Assembly: GCA_951406725.2 (NCBI GenBank)
Contig: OX597827.1
Span: forward strand, 68,138,001 to 68,202,000
Length of the DNA: 64,000 bases
Source of the DNA: Octopus vulgaris
Taxonomy: Eukaryota
Reading direction: 5' to 3'
Below are positions 54,221-64,000 of this stretch, in pieces; positions within the stretch are counted from its first letter, which is position 1; the number at the start of each line of letters is the position of its first letter. The notes beneath the pieces were generated by a model. The model was not told the origin of the DNA and made no database searches. It worked only from the letters and a program-made list of their open reading frames with translations. The position numbers and the translations under genes are program-made.

Positions 54221-56070
54221 TGTAAAACTTGATTGCTGAGTATTCTAAATAATTTGCCGACAAGTATTTTACATGCGAAGGGAGCTTCCGAATTATATCG
54301 TTAATTGTGAAAATATATTCGCCCGAAATATATTGTTAATTTTCTAAGCTACTTTAGTAGTTTTGTAACAGTGCCAGCGTATATACTTACTATGTAATGT
54401 TCTGTTATTTTGTTTGATTCAGTTAACCAGAACACTGCTGCCTTCACATCTTCATTACAAATATCGATCTCTTTGAGTGAATTCAAAACATTATTAGATT
54501 GATCGTTGCCATCTCTTTTCCAGAAAATTCTTCCAATTTTGTTTGGTTTATTGGCATAAAGAAGTGTCCATCTTTTAAACATTTTCCTATACCGCAAATG
54601 CAACAACCTTTTCTTCTTTTTCTTCTCCTCCTCCTTCTCCCTTCTTCTTCTCCTCCTCCTCCTTTTCCCTTCTCCTCCTCCTTCTCCCGTCTTCTTCTGT
54701 CGTTCCTGTCTGCATCCTGGCTGCAATTAAAATACTTCATTGACTCTGTGTATTTATCATTCTGCATTGCAACACTGAAATTACATCACTTTCATCGAAG
54801 CCTTGCACCAAGCAATTTTAACTATCTTTTTCCTTGTAATTAAACGTCTTCTGACCGATGTCTGTAATCATATATTTTAATAGCCTTAACCACCTCAAAA
54901 TCAACGGTGACTGTTACACACACTCACTCTGACTTATTAGAGAAAAAAAAACCACAAAAAAATATCCTCAAACCAGCTCTTCTAAGTTTAAAGCTGTCAA
55001 CTTTCTGTCTACAAGATGGCATACAAAATCTTTTGAAAACATTTGTTTCGTTGCAACGCAGAGTCAGAGGTCTCTGTTTCGGTGTCAAACATACACGCAT
55101 TCATCAAGTTAAAACGTGTTCACATGCTTAAATGTGGCGTAAAATGTTCCATTAGTTAATAGATTCCACGAATATCAGTGCAACATCTAAAAAACAAAAA
55201 AAAAAGAGACAAAAGAAAATACAGAAAAAGAAATTACTGGGTTCTCAGTTATTGGGTAAAGAGTGTTGTATTTTGAAAAAGACGTCTTTACCAATGTTGG
55301 ACAAGGCGCCTGACTATTTTTTAAAAGCAAAAAATTAAAAGAAAAGATAATATTCGATATTGTAGTCCAAATAGTTCAGGTTATAGCACTTTTAATCACA
55401 AAGCGATTAGAATCACAGCCCGTCACGAGTTAAACATGTAAAGAAGTGTTTCTCAAGGTGGAGTGCACACTCCATCGGTGGTGGCATGACAGTATTTTGG
55501 TGTAGATTTTGGTATAGATATTTTGGTGTAGGTTACTTCACTAGCTAACAAGCAAATAAAACTTACAGTAAAGTTTTAATCAAAACTTCTTTAGAAGATA
55601 TATATACATATATATATATATATATGTGTGTGTGTGTAAAGAGAGAGAGGGAGGGAGAGAAAGAGAGACGAGAAGAAAATGGATAATTATGTGTTTCTTA
55701 AATGGCTTACAAACACCTTCCACGCTGCAATTGTTTTCGTTTCAGCACACGATCTAAGACCAAATCACTTGCTATGCAAGTACATCTCCGTAAACTACGA
55801 TTACTCGCTAAATTACCTGCTGCCATATACCTTTTACCAAGGATATACCTACTGAGGTAATTATCAGAAGGATCTTTGGATATAGAGGCTCTAAATACCT
55901 CTAACTTATATATATATATATATATATGTTTCAGTTTTGAGGCTGTGGCCATGTTGGGGCACCGCCAGTGAAAATTATAGGGAAAATTATAGGGAGGCTG
56001 ACGTGACCAGGATTCAAACCGGGGTTACTACAGTCACAACGTTTGTGTGTGTGTGTGTGTGTGTGCGTGC

Positions 56071-56122
<52 letters not shown>

Positions 56123-57274
56123 TCCACCGCAGCTTGACAACCTGTTTTGGTTAGTATACATCCCCGCAACTTTGCGGTTCGACAGAAGAACTGATAGAAT
56201 ACGGACTAGAGCTAAAAATAAGTACTGGAGGTTGATTTGTTCGACTATGCCCTTCAAAGTGGTGCCCCAGCATCACCGCAGTTTAATGACTGAAACACTT
56301 AAAAGATTTTCCCATCTAGTGTAATTCAGAGTTTAAATTTCGCAACAAATTAACAGTATTTAGGGCTCTGTTTATATTCCCTATCGTGTAATTGTATTTT
56401 GAGTAATTTCCAATGAATCAAGGGCTTCGGGTTTTTACAGAGTAAGTTTACCCTATAATAAAGAAAGCTGTTTATTAGATAGGAGTGTGTAACTGTTATA
56501 CAAAGAAAACACCTGTTAAAGTCTACACTGTATAAAAAATTCGTATAAATTGTAATTTTAATTTGTTTCATCAAAATGTGACTTTCGCGTTTCTTTTATT
56601 ATTGAAAATTTCAGAAAACTAATTCTAATTCACTGATAGTGTTTTTAACACTACGAGATAGAGCTCCCTCTTTATGTTCCCTCTCTCTTTCTCTGATACA
56701 TTTCATTGCGCTACTATCTATAAACATATCAATAAATTCATTTCCACCATTTTATGCACGTTTCATTGCCACAAGGTGTTTACTAATTATATACATAATG
56801 TAAATTATACATAATCAAAACCTACTGTCAAATCGTCAGAGATGTGTAACTTTTATATGTAACTTTTGTCCATAATATTATTGGATTGTAGAAATGTTGA
56901 TAGCAAGAACCATCGTTGAGATTGTAAACGACCACTTATACGTGTGTGTGTGTTTTGGTAGATATATCTCACAGATGCTCTGGGATGCATTATTCTGGAT
57001 GTTTCTGGAGTTTTGGTGTTTTAAGCTCCTTCAGCGTAAGACTCCCTTTCCTAATTGACCCAGCCGTGTTAGTCCAAGTTCCAGCTTGCATCGCAGTAGC
57101 AGCAAACCACCCGGGTCGCAGGTATTTTGGAGAGAAAAGTTTAAGGTTCGAGACGAAAAACAAAAAAATAGAAAAAAACCCCCCAAAAACTAATATTTAT
57201 TGTATTACAAAAGTTAGTAGTGCAATGATGTATATTTTTTCACTATTTCCTTCACTGTTATTGTTGTTATTAGT

Positions 57275-57652
57275 GGAGGCGCAATGGCCTAGTGGTTAGG
57301 GCAGCGGACTCGCGGTCATAGGATCGCGGTTTCGATTCCCAAACCGGGCGTTGTGAGTGTTTATTGAGCGAAAACACCTAAAAAAGCTCCACGAGGCCCC
57401 GGCAGGGGATGGTGGTGATCCCTGCTGTACTCTTTCACTCACTCTTACTTCCTGTTTCTGTTGTGTCTGTATTTCAAAGGGCCGGCCTTGTCACTCTCTG
57501 TGTCACGCTGAATATCCCCGAGAACTACGGTAAGGGTGCACGTGTCTGTGGAGTGCTCAGCCACTTACACGTTAATTTCACGAGCAGGCTGTTCCGTTGA
57601 TCCGATCAACCGGAACCCTCGTCGTCGTAACCGACGGAGTGCTTCCCTCCCC
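57275..57652 (+). mobile_element. Full-length OR-like SINE, tail type A
   Basis: 14-bp TSD ttgttgttattagt at 57261-57274 and 57653-57666; A and B boxes. Confidence 0.92.
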
Positions 57653-58674
57653 TTGTTGTTATTAGTAATGATAGTATGCAGTTGCGGTGTTGTTGTTTAT
57701 GTTGTTGGCGGCGGCGGTGATGGTGGTAGAGACGGTGGTGTTGACGGTATTGGTCATTTATTTATTTATTTATTTATTTTATTTATTTCCTTTTGTTTAA
57801 ACCTCTATTGTCTGCTACGTGACGATGTCCTCATTGTTAGTCCTTCAATAATTTTATTTTTCACAAACGAGTGGGATCGATTTCTTCAAAGTCATTCCCT
57901 AACCTCCCTCGTCATCCTCCTCCTCCTCCTTCCTCCTTTCCTCCTCCACCTCCTACTCCTCTACCTTACGTAGTTTGCTCCTGTCTTCACTCCACCTCAC
58001 CCCACCTCCCACACACCTACTTCTACGTCAATTTCTTTCACGTAAGTAAACTTTCTGACAACCACCGTTTCGACTGTAAGACAATAGCTTCTACCTACAC
58101 ATATACAGTATATATATATATATATATTCTATTTTTTTTTGGTGTGTATTTTGTATTGTTTTTATTTCTTCAGATTTTTGTTGTTGTTTTTGTTGTTTAT
58201 ATCGTTATTTGTTTGTTTACTTTTTCGTTCGATATTGTTTTTCCCCGTAGTTTTTGTTTTGATTTTATAAAAAAAATTTTGTTTTTACATTCTACTTCCA
58301 CTACGCTGGTTGTTAATAGCGAGCACCGAGCAGTCACGGTCTCTTATTGTATCGATTGTTCTACTTGATGTTAGATCAAGAAATACCCCTTCATTTCTTC
58401 TTACAACTAACCGACCGACCGACCGAGTGACCGGCCAATCAACCAACCAAACAAACAAACTAACTGACTAACCAACCAACCAACCAACCAACCAGTCAGG
58501 TAGCCAGCCAGCAGGCCTCCCAACAAACTAACCCACTCAACAACTCTCACCTTTATTCAAACATCATAAAAACGACGACCGATAACAACGAACATAGATG
58601 ATGTAGAGAAGTGAAAAAGAAGTCCTTTATCTTTTAAAGAAATTGAAAGAAGGCGAGGAACTTGAGGTCAAAAG

Positions 58675-58900
58675 GTTTTACTTCCTTGTTTCAGTCATTT
58701 GACTGCGGCCATACTGGAGCACCACCTTTTAGTCGAATCAAATCGACCCCAGGATTTATTCTTTGTAAGCCTAGTACTTATTCTATCGGTCTCTTTTGCC
58801 GAACCGATAAGTTACGGGGACATAAACACACCAGCATCGGTTGTCAAGCGATGTTGGGTGGGGGGGACACAAACACAGATACACAACATATACATACTCA
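58675..58900 (-). mobile_element. 3' half of an OK-like SINE
   Basis: Family match. Confidence 0.85.
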
Positions 58901-59050
58901 TACTCATTCGTCCAAAAAAAATGATCGTCCCAAGCGTTTACCACAACATGTAGCTAGCTCCTTCGTTCTTCGGGTTTGGTTTTCCCATTAGGTACAAGGA
59001 TAAGCTGCAATACCACCATCATATCTATATAAGAATCTCTCTCTCTCTCT

Positions 59051-59084
<34 letters not shown>

Positions 59085-59088
<4 letters not shown>

Positions 59089-59400
59089 CCTTCGAAACGC
59101 GGAGTAGATAAAACAGGGACAACTGATGAAGGGGAATATTCTTTACGTTGCATGTCTCGTCTCTCTGTTTTTTTCGTTGTTCGAAAATAAGTTCATTTTT
59201 TATGTTTTTGTTTCTCATTGTGTTCAACGTCTTTTTGATGTCCTGTACCCATATATGCATGTATATATACATATATATGTATGTATATATGCATATATTT
59301 ATATATTATTTATATATATATATATATTCTCCATACCTGCCATCGCTGAGGAAGACCTGGTTTTAGTTTTCTAACACCCGGTGCAAAACCGATTGCCAAG
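59085..59400 (+). mobile_element. Probable Penelope-like fragment(s) with decayed hammerhead boxes
   Basis: cttcgaaacgcg, ctgatgaaggg and ctgaggaagacc...ggtgcaaaacc; abuts (TA)n. Confidence 0.35.
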
Positions 59401-59476
59401 ATCTTCTGAAATGGATCTATAATACTGTATACTATGATTTACACACACTCACACATTCGCTTTTGCTCTTTTTCTG

Positions 59477-59522
<46 letters not shown>

Positions 59523-60273
59523 AGATATACAAGCATACAAGTGTGTGCGAGTGGGTGTCGAGCTACATAGCTATGTACGAAATTGTAAAGTGTGTGTATA
59601 TGTGTGTGTATGTGCGTGTATACTGTAGAATGATGAAATTCGTTACAGTTAAATACAATAAATAAATAAATAAATAAACATTCAACCTACCGCACAAAAT
59701 CTTCTGAGACATCCATTTACAGATTTGGTGGTCTGTTCGTGACTAGAAAGATCGAAATACATAGTGTCAGATGGATGGAACGCAGACTATGCGCTTACCT
59801 TCCCATCTGCGTTCCAGAATGCCTTTATTGCATCTCAGACGGCTATAATAGTGTTTCGTAGCCAAGACTAAAAGCAGTTTAACTAAAACTAAGAATGATA
59901 TCAGCTTTTGATGTGTTGTCAGTCAATCTCTCAATTGTAGGATGAGACCAATTCACAAATATGTTATGTAATCTTAGCTATGCTCTTGGGGGAAAGAAAA
60001 ACGAGGATAGGGTAATTCCTTGCGGTTCTCCTCTAAAATATAAAATATTTGTGTATAATGAAAAAGGTAACTAAACTGGGACGGAAGGACTTAGTTATGT
60101 AATACGTTATATTTGCGATTAACGAACCTCGCGATCAGAGTTCGATTCCAGGCTGTTGTTGCTATTTCAGATTGCATACAGCACAAACTAAATATTTTTG
60201 TAATCGTTCCACGTGGTCGTCACACGATTTTCTCGAAATAGCAAATAACTACCCTTCAACTTACACACCGTTG

Positions 60274-60339
<66 letters not shown>

Positions 60340-60817
60340 GATATATCGGATACTTTAGTTCTAGATGCATTCTATAATGAAAAAAACAACAAAATAAATA
60401 AGACAAAATTGTCATAATTATCAGGCCTTTTCATCAGTCATCATCGATCTTCATCGATCTCTGTCTACTTATGAGCAAATAGCTATGGAAGAAGCGCATT
60501 GTGGCCAGCGGTGTATAACAACATCCAATTGTCTGACCTATATCGTAATAGTGATATATGACGCCGCATGGCCTAATGGTCAGAGTATTGTACTTACGAT
60601 CGAGAGATTTTGGTTTCAATTCTTTGACCGAGCGGTGAATTATGTTATTGAGTGAAAGTCGTTAGACTTTTCTCAACTGATCAATAAACCAATTGAGTAA
60701 ACCTATCAGTAATGTACCGATAATGACAACTGGAAACAGCTGTAAGCCAAATGCACTCTACTAAAGGAAAAAAAATGTAGTGACCATCATTTATAGCGTG
60801 TCATATATATATATATA

Positions 60818-60948
60818 TGCCAACTAAATGTGGCGGTCCTAAAGAGTACGGTGTTACTGTCGTTTTTAACCCCGGAAAGACATTTCCTTTCTGGGGTTAA
60901 AAACAACAGTAACACCGTCCTCTATACGACCGCCACATTTACTTGGCA
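60818..60948. repeat. 131-bp near-perfect palindrome
   Basis: About 62-bp arms (tgccaactaaatgtggcggtc...ggaaag and ctttct...gaccgccacatttacttggca), 7-nt loop. Confidence 0.9.
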
Positions 60949-61030
60949 AATATATTTTACGATTCCGCACTGTTACTGTTTATCTCTCGCTCAGAGATTT
61001 AACATAACTTATCTCTCTCTTCATACATAT

Positions 61031-61107
<77 letters not shown>

Positions 61108-61675
61108 GAAATAAGAAACATTAGTGACATTAGGGAAAAAGAAAAAACAACACGAAATGCGGGAAGGTGGGAATCAAAATGGGATCAGGTATTGAAGATG
61201 AATGTTTGTGTTTGTTAACATGAATGTCTGATCTTTACGATTCTATCTGATTTTCATGTTACCGTATGATTGTAGTTGCTCGAAGTTTGTTATATTTAGT
61301 ATAACGTGTGAGTGCGTGAGCGAGACAGAGAGAGAAAGAGAGACAGACAGACAGAGAGAATGCCTTTGTACGTGTATGTGTGCTTAAAGTTTTAGTTTAC
61401 TTAGACAAGTTTGTGCTCACCTTGCTATCTCCTGCTCACACATACCCGCACAGATTACACACACAATCTCTGTATATATATATGTGTGTAAATACACACA
61501 CACACACACACACGTTATATTTGCATAGATATATACGAATGTGTGTGTCTTGTGTACATAGGTATTCTGTGGGGGTTTTTAATGCCAGAAACGTGAGTAA
61601 ACAACCATGCTCATCATAATTGATTGACGACACACATACTCACACATATCGCCATTATACACACGCAAACATTTA

Positions 61676-61744
<69 letters not shown>

Positions 61745-62070
61745 CTCACAAATATCTATATCTATCTACATATATATTTGCATGCACGTATACATGTTTA
61801 TAATTGTATAAAAATAGATGGTGTTTTTTTTTCTTGTGTGTCTACGCGTATATTTTCAATTGAGATTTAAGTTTTCGGCAGAATTCAAATCGGTCGCTAA
61901 CAAAGTGACAAAGCGTCTTTATTTCGTCCAAAACAGTCCCAGCGGTTCGTGAACATGTGAGGGAAATATTGTATTCATAAACGTGAGTGTTTGGGTAATT
62001 GTAGCTGAATTCATGTAACCGGTGTACAAACATCTTTAGTATAAGAACGTATGATTACTCTAAGTGTATG

Positions 62071-62122
<52 letters not shown>

Positions 62123-62204
62123 TTAAACGCATGAGACTGTGTGTATATGTTTATTTCAAAAATCTTCAGTGTTCTTTTCTTTAATTAGCGCAGAAAGGCC
62201 TCAG

Positions 62205-63070
62205 GCTAGCTGGCAGAAGCGTTAGCGCACCGGTCAAAATGCTTAGAAGCATTTCTTCCGGTTTTACGTTCTGAGTTCAAATTCTGCCGAGGACCGACTT
62301 TGTTTTTCATCCTTCCGGGGTCAGTGAAATAAATACCAGTTGAATATTTGGGTCGATATAATCGACAAGCCCCCTTCACCGAAATTTCAGACATTGTGCC
62401 TATAGTACAAAGGATTGTTATTTGAAGTACTAAAGCAGCGAGCTGGCGGAATAGTTAGCGCACACAAAGAAATGCTTAGCAGCATTTTGTCCGTCTTAAT
62501 GTTCTGAGTTCAAAATCCGCTGAGGCCGACCTAGCTTTTATCCCTTCGGAATCGATTAAATAAGTATCAGTTGAGCAGTGGTGGTCGATGTATCCCCTTC
62601 CCACTTAAAATTTCAGACCTAGTAGAAAAACTTTAAGGCGAGAAAAACTTTAGGGCGGCGAGCTGGCAGAATCGTTAGCACGCCGTGCGAAATGCGTAGC
62701 CGTTTTTCGTCTGCCGTTACGTTCTGAGTTCAAACTCCGCCGAGGTCGACTTTGCCTTTCATCCTTTCGGGGTCGATAAATTAAGTACCAGTTACGCACT
62801 GGGGTCGATATAATCGACTTAATCCGTTTGTCTGTCTTTGTTTGTTTGTTCTCTGTGTTTAGCCCCTTGTGGGTAGTAAAGAAATAGGTATTTCATCTGC
62901 CGCTACGTTCTGAGTTCAAATTCCGCCGAGGTCGACTTTGCCTTTCATCCTTTCGGGGTCGATTAAATTAGTACCAGTTACGCACTGAGGTCGATATAAT
63001 CGACTTAATCCATTTGTCTGTCCTTGTTTGTCCCCTCTGTGTGTAGCTCCTTGTGGGTAGTAAAGAAATA
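62205..63070 (+). mobile_element. Cluster of Meta-domain-like SINEs: two old monomers and a young dimer (62654-63070)
   Basis: Dimer junction gaaata|ggtatttc at about 62886; TSD-like agaaaaa(c/g)tt on both sides. Confidence 0.85.
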
Positions 63071-63536
63071 AGAAAAAGTTCAAGGGCAGGAATATATGCT
63101 GCCTAGCAGGTTGACTGATGCGCTTACGATTCTGCAGGAGAAATGGAAATGCTCAAAGGAATTTTGTCTACATGGTGGCCGATGAATGGGTAACTAAATA
63201 GGAAAGCAGATAGGCATGTTTGTAGGTAGGTAGGTAGGTAGGTAGGTAGGTTGGTAGTAGCTAGCAAGCTACTGGATAGCTGCTGCTACCTTGTATCAAT
63301 TATTGCAATCTGCTTTTTGTTGTTGTTACCTTTTAGTGTAAGGACAGGTCAGGAGGTCTTGTCAGGGCAATATTTGCTTCAGCGATAGGAGACAGATCAG
63401 TAGTGACTGGCTCAAGGCAGCAAGTTTTCTTTAGATCAAATTACAGTCAGCGACGAGCGAGAAATTTCACTTCACCTTTAACTATATCTGTACGTTGTTG
63501 TCGTCGTCGTCGTTGTCGTCGTTGTTGTTGTTGTTG

Positions 63537-63568
<32 letters not shown>

Positions 63569-63621
63569 AATCACGCGTTATTCACTTGTCAAAGACACAC
63601 GTTTTCTTTCTCTCCTTCTTC

Positions 63622-63658
<37 letters not shown>

Positions 63659-63848
63659 TATATAATGTGTATATATGTTTGTATATATACGTTATCTTGT
63701 TATTTGTATATATGCTTGTATATACATATATACTCATATGTATATAAAAACATATATGAGTATATATACATGTATGTATGTATACATATATATATATGTA
63801 TGTGTGTGTTTATATATATGTATTTATATACATGTGCATACGTGTGTG

Positions 63849-63907
<59 letters not shown>

Positions 63908-64000
63908 TTATACATATATCTGTGTGGGTGTGAGTGTATGTGTGTAAATAAATGTATGCATAAATGTGTGAGTGTGTATACATTGTATAGTTGAACACAC

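Noticed and set aside
59722-59862. + strand FGGLF... frame reminiscent of a glutamate-receptor N-terminus
   Set aside because: Only a 5-residue resemblance, wrong phase for the 27256 donor, and it ends in a stop

Overview
AT-rich, microsatellite-saturated eukaryotic genomic DNA. The SINE families and repeat landscape look like an octopus (coleoid cephalopod) genome; this is an inference. Almost all ORF-track entries are translations of simple repeats or SINEs. The window is dominated by three to four tRNA-derived SINE families, one of which forms head+(body-tail)n multimers, plus RTE-clade LINE fragments, mariner/Tc1 remnants, MITE-like palindromes and Penelope-like fragments with minimal hammerhead-ribozyme motifs. 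The only credible host coding sequence is a + strand exon (27066/27073-27256) encoding a signal-peptide-like N-terminus with an RSKR furin-type site and ending in a perfect GTAAGT donor. It is preceded by a 489-nt AG-free zone (distant-branch-point signature) and by two candidate upstream exons (7041-7159 and one ending at 22060). No downstream exon was recognised, so the remaining ~37 kb is probably intron. The standout structure is a single LINE insertion (11-bp TSD) holding ~4.85 in-frame tandem copies of a 234-bp internal segment (49740-51009). No rRNA, true tRNA gene or CRISPR array was found.
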